Below are positions 9,912-20,975 of a DNA stretch of 64,000 bases, in pieces. The stretch covers positions 1 to 64,000 of the forward strand of contig CAXBME010000015.1 of assembly GCA_963976765.1 (NCBI GenBank). Direction: 5' to 3'. The translations under genes and the position numbers were made by a program. The notes below the pieces were generated by a model. That model was not told where the DNA came from. It ran no database searches and was given only the letters and a program-made list of their open reading frames with translations. Origin of the DNA: an uncultured Planctomycetaceae bacterium (GTDB lineage Bacteria > Planctomycetota > Planctomycetia > Planctomycetales > Planctomycetaceae). Numbering within the stretch: the stretch's first letter is position 1; every line of letters starts with the position of its first letter.

Positions 9912-10957
9912 AACTACTTGCGTTGATTGTCTGTTGTAGCCTCGCGACGTTCGCCGTCGCGGATGATGGTGACGTCCGTCCTGTTCCCCTGATTTTCGAC
10001 ACGGACATTGGAAATGATTGTGACGACGTACTCGCCATGGGCGTCATTCATTCGCTGCAAACGCGTGGCGAGTGCGAGTTGCTTGCGGTCACGATCACAA
10101 AGGATCACGAATTGGCGGCACCGTTTGCAGACGTCGTCAATACATTCTACGGGCGAGGCGACATCCCGATTGGCGTATGTCGCAGCGGCGTGACGCCTCA
10201 CGTGGGAAAGTTCAACGTTTTGGCTGCGACGAACGATGATGGGAAGGATCGGTATCCCCATGATTTGAGAAGCGGAAAAGACGCTCGCGACGCCGTCGAC
10301 GTGTTGCGTGAAACGCTCGTCAGTCAGGAAGACGGCAGCGTCGTGATTGCGCAAGTGGGCTTCTCGACGAACCTCGCAAATCTGTTGAAGTCGCCAGCCG
10401 ATAAGCACAGTGATTTGAACGGCATGGAACTGGTCAAGAAGAAGGTCCGATTGCTGTCCATCATGGCGGGGGCCTTCAGGCAGATCGTCGACAAGGAAGG
10501 AAAACTGTACGACCACAAGGAATACAACATTGTTAAAGACATTCCATCGGCCAAATCATTGGTACAAGACTGGCCAACGCCAATCGTTTGGAGCGGGTTT
10601 GAGATCGGTAAGAATCTGACCTATCCACACCAGAGCATTTTGCGCGATTACCGATACGTACCACATCATCCTCTTCCCGAAGCGTACACACTCTACATTC
10701 CGCCTCCACACGATCGACCGACTTGGGATTTGACATCTGTGTTGCAGGCGGTTCGCCCCGATCACAAGTACTTTGATCTGTCGGCTTCCGGACGAGTTCA
10801 TGTTGCCGATGACGGTCTCACCACGTTCGAGGAATCCGAAGGCGGTCGCGATCGTTACTTGACCCTGAGACCGGAACAGAAAGGTCGGGCGAGCGAAGCA
10901 CTTGTGCAACTTTCCAGTCAGCCCCCGGCGGGACATGCAGCAGGGGGCGGGAATTGA
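9908..10957 (+). CDS. Secreted nucleoside hydrolase-family protein
   Basis: Signal peptide MKLLALIVCCSLATFAVA; DTDIGNDCDD Ca-binding motif; IMAG, EYNI, WDLTSVL. Confidence 0.85.
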   Translation: MKLLALIVCCSLATFAVADDGDVRPVPLIFDTDIGNDCDDVLAMGVIHSLQTRGECELLAVTITKDHELAAPFADVVNTFYGRGDIPIGVCRSGVTPHVGKFNVLAATNDDGKDRYPHDLRSGKDARDAVDVLRETLVSQEDGSVVIAQVGFSTNLANLLKSPADKHSDLNGMELVKKKVRLLSIMAGAFRQIVDKEGKLYDHKEYNIVKDIPSAKSLVQDWPTPIVWSGFEIGKNLTYPHQSILRDYRYVPHHPLPEAYTLYIPPPHDRPTWDLTSVLQAVRPDHKYFDLSASGRVHVADDGLTTFEESEGGRDRYLTLRPEQKGRASEALVQLSSQPPAGHAAGGGN

Positions 10958-11904
10958 ATTCCGAAAACGAAAACACGCCCGCGCCGCGAATCGTCGTTTG
11001 CGGTTCGATCAACATGGACTTGGTCGTTCGCTGTCAGCAGATTCCAAATCCTGGCCAAACGATCGCGGCAGAATCAGCAACTGAAATCTGCGGCGGCAAG
11101 GGTGCCAATCAAGCGGTTGGCGCTGCGATGGCCGGCGGGCAAGTGCGTATGATCGGTCGCGTCGGCAGCGATGCGTTTGCCGCAAGATTGCGAGCGAACC
11201 TTGAAGAGCATCAAGTTGATTGCAGTGCTGTCTTGCCCACCGAAAAATGCACAAGCGGACTAGCAGTTATCGCCGTCGAGCATTCCGGTCAAAATTCCAT
11301 CATGGTGGTCCCGGGTGCCAACGGCAATGTTTCGGAGTCCGACGTGCGGGAACATCGAGCGATCATCGAGTCCGCCGATGTGTTGATGTTGCAGCTGGAG
11401 ATTCCGATACCAGGCGTAATCGCCGCGATTCGGATCGCTAAACAGTGTGGCGTGCGCTGCATTCTTGATCCCGCGCCGGTTGCCGCGGATTGGACGGACG
11501 AGCTGCTGGATGTAGACCTCGTCTGCCCCAACGAAAGCGAGGCTGCGGCCATCACGGGGGTCGCGATCAAAACGCTCGAAGACGCTCGGTCTGCGGCACT
11601 GCAACTTCAGGCTCGAGGTGCAAAGAACGTCGCCGTGACGATGGGTGAGAAAGGGACCGTGTTGCTTGTGGAGGAAACCTTTCATCACATCGCCGCGACA
11701 CCCATCCAGCCCGTTGATACGACAGGTGCTGGCGATGCTTTCGCCAGCGCCCTCGCCGTTGAGTGGGCGCGAACTTCGGATTTGCTGCTGTCCACTCAGT
11801 TCGCCAGCATCGCGGGCGCGTTGGCGGCGACGACGTTTGGCGCCCAGCAGAGTCTCGCCCACCGAAACGAAATCAATGCAATAAGGATTCAAACATGCAT
11901 TTAG
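10954..11904 (+). CDS. rbsK: Ribokinase
   Basis: GSINMDLV, GGKGANQA, PNESEA, DTTGAGDAF PfkB signatures; ribose ABC context. Confidence 0.92.
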   Translation: MNSENENTPAPRIVVCGSINMDLVVRCQQIPNPGQTIAAESATEICGGKGANQAVGAAMAGGQVRMIGRVGSDAFAARLRANLEEHQVDCSAVLPTEKCTSGLAVIAVEHSGQNSIMVVPGANGNVSESDVREHRAIIESADVLMLQLEIPIPGVIAAIRIAKQCGVRCILDPAPVAADWTDELLDVDLVCPNESEAAAITGVAIKTLEDARSAALQLQARGAKNVAVTMGEKGTVLLVEETFHHIAATPIQPVDTTGAGDAFASALAVEWARTSDLLLSTQFASIAGALAATTFGAQQSLAHRNEINAIRIQTCI

Positions 11905-12869
11905 CAATGGGGAAGTCGATCGTTGTAGGGGTCGCCGTCATGTGTCTATTGACTGGATGCAAGGAGTCCTCAACAAAAGATACACAGGGTTCCGCGTCAC
12001 CGAAGAAACCAAAAATCGCGTTGGTCATGAAATCGCTCGCGAATGAGTTCTTTTCTACGATGGCCACCGGTGCGGAAGAGCATCAACAGCAAAGCGGTGA
12101 ATACGATCTAATCGTCAACGGGATCAAAGACGAACGAGATGTGAGTCGCCAAGTCGCTCTGGTTCAGGAGATGGTCGCCAGTGATGTCGATGCGATTGTT
12201 ATCGCACCCGCAGATTCTCAGGCGTTGATTCCATCGCTTCGCCGGGCCATGAAGGCGGGCATTGTCGTCGTGAACATTGACAACAAACTGGATGCCGAGA
12301 TGTTGGCGAAGGAAGGCCTTCAGATTCCGTTTGTCGGACCGGACAACAGAGCGGGCGCGAAGAGAGTCGGTGACCATTTGGCAACACAGCTTTCCAGGGG
12401 TGACTTGGTTGCAATCCTTGAAGGACTGCAAACATCCGAAAACGGTCGTGCGAGAAAAGCCGGATTTGAAGACGCAATGAAGGAAGCCGGCGTCACAATC
12501 GTGGACAGCCAATCAGCAGAATGGGAGATGGCAAAGGCCAACGGGATTGCTTCGTCAATGCTCAGTGAGCACACGGATATAAAAGCGATCCTGGCTGCCA
12601 ACGACAGCATGGCCCTGGGCGTGATTGCGGCAGCCAAGAGTGTCGGACGCAGTGACGACCTGCTGATCGTTGGTTTCGACAATATCGCCGCTGTGCAAAC
12701 TGCGATCCGCGATGGCAAGGTCCTTGCAACCGCCGACCAGCATGGCGACCAGTTGGCCGTCTATGGAATCGAGACGGCGTTGAAATTGATCGCCGATGAG
12801 AATGCGGAGATCGTCGATGTGGAAACGCCGGTCGATTTGGTCACGAAGGAAACTCTGGACGCGAAATGA
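11895..12869 (+). CDS. rbsB: Sugar (ribose) ABC substrate-binding lipoprotein
   Basis: LLTGC lipobox; KSLANEFF, AANDSMALG, IVGFD. Confidence 0.85.
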   Translation: MHLAMGKSIVVGVAVMCLLTGCKESSTKDTQGSASPKKPKIALVMKSLANEFFSTMATGAEEHQQQSGEYDLIVNGIKDERDVSRQVALVQEMVASDVDAIVIAPADSQALIPSLRRAMKAGIVVVNIDNKLDAEMLAKEGLQIPFVGPDNRAGAKRVGDHLATQLSRGDLVAILEGLQTSENGRARKAGFEDAMKEAGVTIVDSQSAEWEMAKANGIASSMLSEHTDIKAILAANDSMALGVIAAAKSVGRSDDLLIVGFDNIAAVQTAIRDGKVLATADQHGDQLAVYGIETALKLIADENAEIVDVETPVDLVTKETLDAK

Positions 12870-14377
12870 AGCCGCTCTTGACGACGACGAACATCACCAA
12901 ACGCTTCGGCACCGTAACGGTGCTCGAAGGCGTCGCGTTCGACGTGCGCGATGGAGAGATTCATGCGTTGGTTGGGGCCAATGGAGCGGGCAAAAGTACG
13001 CTATGCAAAATCATCGCCGGGTTACTGACGCCTGACGGCGGGGCGATGTCGATCACCGGCGACGCGTATCTTCCGCGTGACAAACAATCGGCGGAACGAT
13101 CCGGGGTTCAAATTGTCCAGCAGGAACTCAATCAGGTTTCCACGCTGACGGTTGCGGAAAACATTTTTCTGACGCGAATGCCGAGAATTCTTGGAATCAT
13201 CCGCAGGCGACAACTTGTCGATCGGGCGCGACAGGTGCTTGACCACTTCGGCTTGAATGATGTTGCCACCGACACGGTTATGGGAACGCTGGGGGTGGGC
13301 CGACAACAGATGATTGAAATCGCAACAGCACTGGATCGCCAGTGCCGATTGCTGATTCTGGACGAACCGACGGCGGCCCTTGGCGCACGCGAAACAGAGC
13401 GGTTATTCGAACGATTGCGAATGCTGCGCGATCAGGGAATTGGCATCATCTACATCAGCCATCGGCTCGATGAAGTGGCCCAGTTGTCCGATCGCATCAC
13501 TGTGTTGCGAGATGGCAAACGAGTTTGCACGCGAGAAACCTCGTCGATAACTACTGACGAAATGGTTGACTTGGTGGCTGGCGAGTCCACCAGTGAACGC
13601 CATTCGTTTCAATCGTTCGCGTCGGACAAACCGGCGATGCAAGTCAACGGAATCACGGCTGGTATTGTCCAAGACGTTTCATTCACCGTGTGTCGCGGCG
13701 AGCGGCTTGGGATCGCTGGGCTGGTCGGTTCCGGACGCACGGAATTGTTGAGAGCAATCTTTGGGGCAGACACCGCCGAGCAAGGGACAGTCCAGTTCGG
13801 AGATCGGCCCCCCACCCTTTTTTCGCATCCCAGCCAAGCCGTCGCATCCTCGCTGGCAATGGTCACCGAGGATCGCAAGCAGAACGGCCTGTTGTTGCGT
13901 CAGCCCATCTGGTTCAACACTTCGATCAGCTCGCTGGGTAAGCGATTTGCATCGTTGGGAATCATCCGAAAAAAGAGCGAACGAGAGGCTGCGCAAAAGA
14001 TGGCCCGCCAGCTGGAAACGAAGTGTAACGACATCGATCAGATTGTCGGCACGCTCAGTGGTGGCAACCAACAAAAAGTCGCAATCGCAAAATGGTTGAT
14101 AAGAGACGCCGACGTTTTCTTTTTTGACGAACCGACCCGAGGTATCGATGTCGCTGCCCGCCGACGAATCTACCAGCTGATCGAGTCACTAGCACAATTG
14201 GGTAAGGCGATCGTCATCGTAAGCAGCGATCTGGACGAGTTGATGGAAACCTGCGACCGAATCGGCGTCGTATCCGCGGGAAAATGGATCGACGACTTTC
14301 CTCGTGACTCATGGTCGGCGGACCGAATCATGCAGGCCGCGTTCGCGGGATACCGAGAAGCGGAGACGGTTGCATGA
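12866..14377 (+). CDS. rbsA: Sugar ABC ATP-binding protein (CUT2, two domains)
   Basis: GANGAGKST, LDEPT, LSGGNQQK, DEPTRGIDV. Confidence 0.9.
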   Translation: MKPLLTTTNITKRFGTVTVLEGVAFDVRDGEIHALVGANGAGKSTLCKIIAGLLTPDGGAMSITGDAYLPRDKQSAERSGVQIVQQELNQVSTLTVAENIFLTRMPRILGIIRRRQLVDRARQVLDHFGLNDVATDTVMGTLGVGRQQMIEIATALDRQCRLLILDEPTAALGARETERLFERLRMLRDQGIGIIYISHRLDEVAQLSDRITVLRDGKRVCTRETSSITTDEMVDLVAGESTSERHSFQSFASDKPAMQVNGITAGIVQDVSFTVCRGERLGIAGLVGSGRTELLRAIFGADTAEQGTVQFGDRPPTLFSHPSQAVASSLAMVTEDRKQNGLLLRQPIWFNTSISSLGKRFASLGIIRKKSEREAAQKMARQLETKCNDIDQIVGTLSGGNQQKVAIAKWLIRDADVFFFDEPTRGIDVAARRRIYQLIESLAQLGKAIVIVSSDLDELMETCDRIGVVSAGKWIDDFPRDSWSADRIMQAAFAGYREAETVA

Positions 14378-15333
14378 TCACGAAACAGATGAAAGGAACC
14401 TTGTTGCAGTACGGTGGCTTGTTGACGGCATTGGCGCTGTTGATTCTGGTTTTCAGTTTGCGAACAGACAGCTTCTTTCAGATTGGCACGGCGCGGTTGA
14501 TTGCTAATCAGATTCCCGAACTCACCTTGTTGGCGGTCGGGATGACACTGGTGCTGGTCATTGGACAAATCGATCTGTCGGTCGGCAGCGTGATGGCGCT
14601 CGCCGGGGCCGTGCTTGGCGTTTTGATGGCGAAGCACGATTGGCCGTTGGGGCCCGCGATTCTGGCAAGTCTGGCAACCGCCGCGGCCTGCGGCTGGGTG
14701 ACCGGAGCGATCTCGATTTGGTTCAGAATTCCATCCTTCATTGTCTCGCTGGGTATGCTGCAGGTCGCGCGCGGGGCAACCCGTCGATTGCTCGATTCCA
14801 AGACTCTGACCATCGGTTCGGACGTGGCGATGATCAGCGAGCCGCTGCCGGCAGTTGGCCTGTCGCCCGCGTTCTTGATCGCCATCGTAGCCGTTTTCGC
14901 TGTGCAGTTTCTGATCAGTGGTACGGTGTTCGGTCGCTACTGTGTCGCCATCGGCACCAATGCGGAAGCGGTTCGCATGTCGGGTATCCGCACGGCTCCG
15001 TACGCGATCGGCGTGTTTGTCATCAGTGGGCTGCTATGCGGACTGGCCGGACTGGCACCCACGTCATTGATGGAAGCCGCCGATCCGGGGGCGGGCAATG
15101 GTATCGAGTTGTCCGCCATCGCCGCCTGCGTGATCGGCGGAACCAGTTTGATGGGCGGGCGTGGTAATGCGATTAGCACGTTCCTTGGTGTGCTGGTGAT
15201 CGCGGTGCTGCAAACGGGGCTTAGCCGCATGTCGGTCGAAGACGCAAACAAGCAAATCATCACGGGAGTGGTGATCATCATCGCGGTGTTGATCGACACC
15301 CTACGTCGCAAATGGGAGAAATCTGAATCATGA
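14374..15333 (+). CDS. rbsC: Sugar ABC permease
   Basis: IDLSVGS, IPSFIVSLG, ELSAIAACVIGGTSL.GG.G. Confidence 0.9.
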   Translation: MITKQMKGTLLQYGGLLTALALLILVFSLRTDSFFQIGTARLIANQIPELTLLAVGMTLVLVIGQIDLSVGSVMALAGAVLGVLMAKHDWPLGPAILASLATAAACGWVTGAISIWFRIPSFIVSLGMLQVARGATRRLLDSKTLTIGSDVAMISEPLPAVGLSPAFLIAIVAVFAVQFLISGTVFGRYCVAIGTNAEAVRMSGIRTAPYAIGVFVISGLLCGLAGLAPTSLMEAADPGAGNGIELSAIAACVIGGTSLMGGRGNAISTFLGVLVIAVLQTGLSRMSVEDANKQIITGVVIIIAVLIDTLRRKWEKSES

Positions 15334-16349
15334 GAACCTGGCTCATCGCGTTGTGCATCTCGCTGTGGCTACCGGCCCTTGGTTGGGCGGATGTCCCTGC
15401 GAAGATTATTTTTGATACCGATATCGCCGGTGACGTTGATGATGCATTGGCGCTTGCCATGCTGCACGCTTTGGCCGACCGCGGCGAATGTTTGATCGAG
15501 GCCGTGACCGTGTCCAAGACGCATCCACAAAACGGACCGATGGTTGACGCGATCAATACATTTTATGGTCGGCCCGATCTTCCTATTGGTGTCACCAAAG
15601 GGAATTACCCACGAGAGAGCAAGTATGTCGAGCTGGCCGATAAAAAGGATCAAGGTGAATTCCGATATCCTCATGACTTGCTGAAAAGCTCGGATGCAAC
15701 GGACGCTGTCGAAGTGTTGCGACAAGTACTTGCCGACGCGGAGCCGAATTCGATCTCGATCGTTTCGGTTGGACTTGCGGTCAACATCGCCGATCTACTG
15801 GACTCGCCCGCCGACGAGATCAGCCCATTGGCAGGCACCGATCTCGTTCGCAAAAAGGTCAAGCTGTTGTCGATCATGGCCGGAGCCTTCGACCCGGTGA
15901 ATGGAAATGCACACTTTCTGGAAGCCAACGTCCGTAACCACATCGGATCCATGCAGCGTTTCGTCCAGTCGTGGCCGGCCGAAGTCCCCGTGGTCTGGAG
16001 CGACTTCAATATCGGCATTCGCGCCCGCTACCCGAGACGAAGCATCGCGAGAGATTTTGGTTACACACCGAATCACATCATTCGCGAATCGTATCTGCTG
16101 CACAGCGGTCCCGAACATGATCGCCCAAGCTGGGACTTGACGAGCGTGCTTTACGCAGTTCGCCCTGGCGATGGCTACTTTGGACTGTCGCCGACTGGAT
16201 CCGTGTCCGTGGCGGATGATGGCTTCACAACGTTTGCGAACGATGAATCCGGATGTCATCGCTATTTGAAGATGAATGACATCCAAGCCGCACGCGTCGT
16301 TGAAGTCCAGCGAACCCTTGTCAGTCAACCACCATTGGCGACGCGTTGA
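15330..16349 (+). CDS. Second secreted nucleoside hydrolase-family protein
   Basis: Signal peptide; DTDIAGDVDD; paralogous to 9908-10957 (shared NTFYGR, HDRP.WDLTSVL, SQPP). Confidence 0.85.
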   Translation: MRTWLIALCISLWLPALGWADVPAKIIFDTDIAGDVDDALALAMLHALADRGECLIEAVTVSKTHPQNGPMVDAINTFYGRPDLPIGVTKGNYPRESKYVELADKKDQGEFRYPHDLLKSSDATDAVEVLRQVLADAEPNSISIVSVGLAVNIADLLDSPADEISPLAGTDLVRKKVKLLSIMAGAFDPVNGNAHFLEANVRNHIGSMQRFVQSWPAEVPVVWSDFNIGIRARYPRRSIARDFGYTPNHIIRESYLLHSGPEHDRPSWDLTSVLYAVRPGDGYFGLSPTGSVSVADDGFTTFANDESGCHRYLKMNDIQAARVVEVQRTLVSQPPLATR

Positions 16350-16397
16350 TGAAGGTCGTCGTGCGCGAGTCCTTGGCAACTCGATGAGTACAACAAC

Positions 16398-17936
16398 ATG
16401 AAAACGATATTCAGCGTCCTCACTGCCATCGTTACGCTTGGCATCGCAGCGGCAGCGGGACAGGCGGCTCCCCACGAGCGGCCCAATGTCGTCTTTATCC
16501 TTGCGGATGATCTCGGCTACGGCGACTTGAGTTGCTATGGCGCAACGAAAGTATCAACCCCAAATATTGATTCCCTTGCCAAAGACGGGCGTCGATTCAC
16601 GGATGCCTATTCTCCGTCTTCTGTTTGCACTCCGTCACGATACAATCTGCTGACCGGGCGCTATGCGTGGCGAACGTGGATGCAATCGGGAACTGCCTGG
16701 GCCTACGATCCACTGCTGATCGAACCCGATCGATTTACACTGGCCGACCTCTTCAAAGCCCAAGGATATCAGACGGCACTGGTCGGCAAATGGCATCTGG
16801 GCTTCGGCACTCCCGACATGGAGGGATGGAGCGATGTGGTCGGTCCCGATTACAACCGCGAGCTAAGGCCGGGGCCGCTCGAAGTTGGTTTCGACTATTT
16901 CTGGGGATTTCCGCACGTCAGCCAGTTGCCCCACATCATCATCGAGAATCATCGCGTCTTGGGACTATCACCCGACGATCCGATTCAGATCGTGGCCGAC
17001 AAGCGCCCGGAGCACCGACTGGACTACTTGAACCGCACACGAATCGGCGCTGCCAATCTGCAGGTGAAAGGCGGCGAGTCGGCCCGGTACGAACACGAGG
17101 AACTTTCCGATCGACTGACCGACAGAGCGGTGAAGTTCATTCGCGATGACTCAGGCGATCGACCGTTCTTTCTGTACGTCGCCCATCGCAATATCCACGG
17201 CCCGCTGATCCCCGCTCCGCGATTTGGCGACACATCTGGCATCGGAAAATACGGTGACTTCCTGAATGAGTTTGATGCATCGATTGGGAAAATTCTCTCT
17301 GCGATCGATGACAAGGGTATTCGTGATAACACGCTCGTAATATTCACCAGCGACAACGGAGGTGTCATCGAGTATCGACCGATCGACTATGCGTCGGTCG
17401 AAGGTCACTTTCCGAATGCGCCGCTTCGTGGGCAGAAGACTGGAGTCTACGAAGGAGGCGTCAGAGTGCCATTGATTGCTCGCTGGCCCGGTCACATTCC
17501 TGCCGGCACTCAGGACGAGTCTCTCATCGCATTGACTGACGTTATTGCAACATTCGCCGAATTCTTTGATTACTCGTTACCTGCTGACTGTGGCGAGGAT
17601 AGCGTGGGTTTTCTGGCTTCGCTGAAGGGAACAGGCCGTGGCGAGTCGCGACGCAGATCAATTGTTTGCGATAGCTACACCGGAACGATGGCCATCCGCA
17701 GTGGCAAGTGGAAACTGATCCAAGGCCAACATGGCGGCGGAGCGAGGACTCAAAACAGGCCCTACTCAGACGAACTTCCTCCCGTACAACTGTATGACCT
17801 TTCAAAAGACATTCGTGAGGAAAGCAACGTCGCGGCCATGTTCCCCGCAAAGGTCAACGAGTTAACGAGACTCTTGCAGCAGACGCTCGCCCGCCCGTCC
17901 TCACGACTCGCGACGAAACCACTTGTTGACGAATGA
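16398..17936 (+). CDS. Secreted S1 (formylglycine) sulfatase
   Basis: ILADDLGYGD, CTPSR, GKWHLG, SDNG, YEGGVRVP; signal peptide. Confidence 0.95.
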   Translation: MKTIFSVLTAIVTLGIAAAAGQAAPHERPNVVFILADDLGYGDLSCYGATKVSTPNIDSLAKDGRRFTDAYSPSSVCTPSRYNLLTGRYAWRTWMQSGTAWAYDPLLIEPDRFTLADLFKAQGYQTALVGKWHLGFGTPDMEGWSDVVGPDYNRELRPGPLEVGFDYFWGFPHVSQLPHIIIENHRVLGLSPDDPIQIVADKRPEHRLDYLNRTRIGAANLQVKGGESARYEHEELSDRLTDRAVKFIRDDSGDRPFFLYVAHRNIHGPLIPAPRFGDTSGIGKYGDFLNEFDASIGKILSAIDDKGIRDNTLVIFTSDNGGVIEYRPIDYASVEGHFPNAPLRGQKTGVYEGGVRVPLIARWPGHIPAGTQDESLIALTDVIATFAEFFDYSLPADCGEDSVGFLASLKGTGRGESRRRSIVCDSYTGTMAIRSGKWKLIQGQHGGGARTQNRPYSDELPPVQLYDLSKDIREESNVAAMFPAKVNELTRLLQQTLARPSSRLATKPLVDE

Positions 17937-17989
17937 TGCCACCAATCCCGTTGAGCCAGTTTTTCACAACCATCGTCTCGAAAACAGCC

Positions 17990-19819
17990 ATGAATTACTC
18001 ACTCCCGCTATTGGCACTTTTGCTGTCTGGCTTCTCGACCGCCTTTGCGGATCGCCCCAACGTGATCGTCATCATGACCGATGACCAAGGGTATGGTGAG
18101 TTTTCCTGTCACGGCAACCCGATCACTCAGACACCGAATATCGACAAAATCGCGAGCGAAGGAATTCGCCTGACCGACTTTCACGTTGCACCGATGTGTA
18201 CGCCGACTCGCGGTCAATTGATGACGGGGCTGGATGCGTTTCGCAATGGAGCGAGCAACATCAGCAGCGGCCGAACGCTATTGAAGGCTGATGCGAAGAC
18301 GATCGCAAACCTATTTCAGGATGCAGGATACAGGACGGGAATCTTTGGCAAGTGGCATCTTGGTGACAACTATCCGTTTCGGCCAGAGGATCGAGGCTTC
18401 GACGAAACGCTGTGGTTTCCCTCCTCGCACATCAACAGCGTTCCCGACTATTGGGACAACGACTACTTCGATGACACTTACATCCGCAACGGAGAACGGA
18501 AGAAGTATCACGGCTATTGCACCGACGTCTTTTTCGACGAGGCTGCAACGTGGATTGCAAAGGAGGATGATCGCCCGTTTTTCACTTACATTGCCTTGAA
18601 CGCCGCTCACTGGCCATGGTTTGTTCCGGATAAGTTTCGCGAACCGATTCGTCAGGCGATACAAGAGAATCCCGAAGTCGTTGAGAAACTGAACAAGCTC
18701 AAGCAGGGAGATTTGGTCAGTTTCCTCGCGATGGGTGCGAACATCGATGAAAACGTTGGCAAGCTCGACCAGCGTCTGAAGGAGTCAGGCATCTTCGACA
18801 ACACGATCGTCGTTTTTCTGACAGACAACGGTAGCACCATGGGGCAGGACTACTTCAACGCGGGAATGCGCGGCAAGAAAACTCAGCTTTGGGAAGGCGG
18901 ACACCGCGTCCCATGTTTCATCCGTTGGCCGGCAGGGGCGCTCGGGAAGCCGCGTGACGTCGCAGAGTTGTCTCATGTTCAGGACTTGATGCCGACACTT
19001 GCCGATTTGGCCAGCGTTGCCGGTGTTCCCGATCAACTTGATGGTCAAAGCCTCGCTCCCATCCTACGTGGTGAAAAAGAAAGCCTGGAAGATCGCATGC
19101 TCGTCATCAACTACAGCCGGATGCCCGGCGCAAAGGTACGGTACACCACCAAGAGCCCCGCGATACCAAGACGAAACGGCGCGGCTGTTCTGTGGAAACG
19201 TTGGCGACTACTTGAGGATCGTATGCTCTTCGACATCGAAAAGGATCCTCACCAGGACCATAACGTCGCTGCTGATCACCCCGAGGTCGTCGCGAAAATG
19301 CGCGCCCATCTCTACAAGTGGTGGGACGGTGTCAAAGACGATGTGAGAAAACCTCAGCGAGTGATTATCGGGTCGGATGCTGAGAATCCGATGATGTTGA
19401 CCGCATGCGAATGGCTGGATGTGTTTGTTGACCAGCAACGACAGGTCCGCGACGCCGCACTGAAAAACGGGACATGGCATTTGCAAGTCGCGAAGTCGGG
19501 CACCTACCGAATCGAACTGCGTCGTTGGCCCCGAGAGTCTGGACTGAAGCTCACCGACAGTCTTCCAGAAACTCGTGTGACTGATGGCGTATTCTTGCCC
19601 GGAAAGTCACTGCCCATCAGGTCGGCAAGTCTGCGGGTGGGTGACAAAGAATGGAAGCTGAAGCCGCAGCCCAGCGAAGATTCATTCGTCACGGAGATCG
19701 ATCTCGTCGAGGGGCCTATCCCAATGAGAGCGTCGTTCTTCGACGCGGACGGAAAAGAGATTTGTGGTGCTTACTATGCCTGCATTTTTCGGCAAGCAGA
19801 GAACGCCCAACAACCTTGA
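17990..19819 (+). CDS. Secreted S1 arylsulfatase with C-terminal extension
   Basis: MTDDQGYG, CTPTR, GKWHLG, TDNG, WEGGHRVP; signal peptide from MNYSL. Confidence 0.95.
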   Translation: MNYSLPLLALLLSGFSTAFADRPNVIVIMTDDQGYGEFSCHGNPITQTPNIDKIASEGIRLTDFHVAPMCTPTRGQLMTGLDAFRNGASNISSGRTLLKADAKTIANLFQDAGYRTGIFGKWHLGDNYPFRPEDRGFDETLWFPSSHINSVPDYWDNDYFDDTYIRNGERKKYHGYCTDVFFDEAATWIAKEDDRPFFTYIALNAAHWPWFVPDKFREPIRQAIQENPEVVEKLNKLKQGDLVSFLAMGANIDENVGKLDQRLKESGIFDNTIVVFLTDNGSTMGQDYFNAGMRGKKTQLWEGGHRVPCFIRWPAGALGKPRDVAELSHVQDLMPTLADLASVAGVPDQLDGQSLAPILRGEKESLEDRMLVINYSRMPGAKVRYTTKSPAIPRRNGAAVLWKRWRLLEDRMLFDIEKDPHQDHNVAADHPEVVAKMRAHLYKWWDGVKDDVRKPQRVIIGSDAENPMMLTACEWLDVFVDQQRQVRDAALKNGTWHLQVAKSGTYRIELRRWPRESGLKLTDSLPETRVTDGVFLPGKSLPIRSASLRVGDKEWKLKPQPSEDSFVTEIDLVEGPIPMRASFFDADGKEICGAYYACIFRQAENAQQP

Positions 19820-19891
19820 ACTACGCCACGCTCGTGCAAATAAAAAATGCTTCATGTCACCCATCCCAATCCCTAAGTCCAAAGCGAACCG

Positions 19892-20863
19892 ATGAACCCA
19901 AGTCTTTTACTTGTCGCGGCGTTGCTGCTTCAGATTTCTCAATCGGAAGTCTACGACCCACTCTCCGTAGACGAGGACGTGACGATTGTAGACACGCAAT
20001 TTTCGTACGGTGACGACAACCGTGTCGTGCCTTTGCGACTGTATCTTCCCAAATCGACCGAGGCGGCCCCCGTGATTTTGTACAGCCATGGTCTCGGAGG
20101 TAGCCGAGATGCCGGTACGTTCGTCGGCAAACACTGGGCGGGCCGAGGTTACGTGGTTGCGACGATGCAGCACGCCGGGAGTGACCGAAATGTGATGGAC
20201 GGAGTTCCCCTGCGGCAAAAGCTGGACGCACTCAAGAAAGCGGCGAATGCAACAAGTGCTCAGGCACGATACCGGGATGTGAAGGCGACTCTCGACCATC
20301 TCGATTCGCTCAACCAACCAGGTGAGAAGTACGCGACGCGATTTGATCTGACGAAGGTTGGCATGGGCGGCCACTCATTCGGAGCCGTCACAACACAAGC
20401 TGTCAGCGGACAGAAATTCGGGAGACGCGGAGAGCTGCACACCGACAAACGTATTGATGCCGCCGTGGCATTCAGCCCAAGTCCTCCGTCATTTGGTTCT
20501 GCATCCGACGCCTTTGGAAGCGTGTCGATTCCGTGGTTGTTGATGACCGGAACCGAAGACCAGAGCATGATGGCCCGAACGACCCCAGAGAAACGGCGAG
20601 AAGTCTTTGAGCACCTGCCGAAATCGGGCTTTTTCTATGAGCTAGTGCTTGACGGCGCTAAACATGAGGCGTTCGCAGATCAACGAGCCAAACGCTTCGG
20701 ATCTCGTTCCAATCGCAACCCCAACCATCACAGAGCTATTAAAGCTATTAGCACCGCTTTCTGGGACACGTACCTCAAGGACGATGAAAAAGCCAAGTTG
20801 TGGTTGAACGGCAAAGACGCGAAGGACGTGTTGGAGTCGGCAGATGTGTGGCAGAAAAAGTAA
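19892..20863 (+). CDS. Secreted alpha/beta hydrolase
   Basis: SHGLGG, nucleophile elbow GHSFG, GTED, H..F. Confidence 0.85.
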   Translation: MNPSLLLVAALLLQISQSEVYDPLSVDEDVTIVDTQFSYGDDNRVVPLRLYLPKSTEAAPVILYSHGLGGSRDAGTFVGKHWAGRGYVVATMQHAGSDRNVMDGVPLRQKLDALKKAANATSAQARYRDVKATLDHLDSLNQPGEKYATRFDLTKVGMGGHSFGAVTTQAVSGQKFGRRGELHTDKRIDAAVAFSPSPPSFGSASDAFGSVSIPWLLMTGTEDQSMMARTTPEKRREVFEHLPKSGFFYELVLDGAKHEAFADQRAKRFGSRSNRNPNHHRAIKAISTAFWDTYLKDDEKAKLWLNGKDAKDVLESADVWQKK

Positions 20864-20975
20864 GCGACCATCGTGTTGGCGTTTGCTTCGGAATCTGGCA
20901 AACACCTGAAGGAACGTTTCTCGGATTCGGCTTTGGCTGACCAGAAATTCACACCGTGCGACCAAGGAACTACGG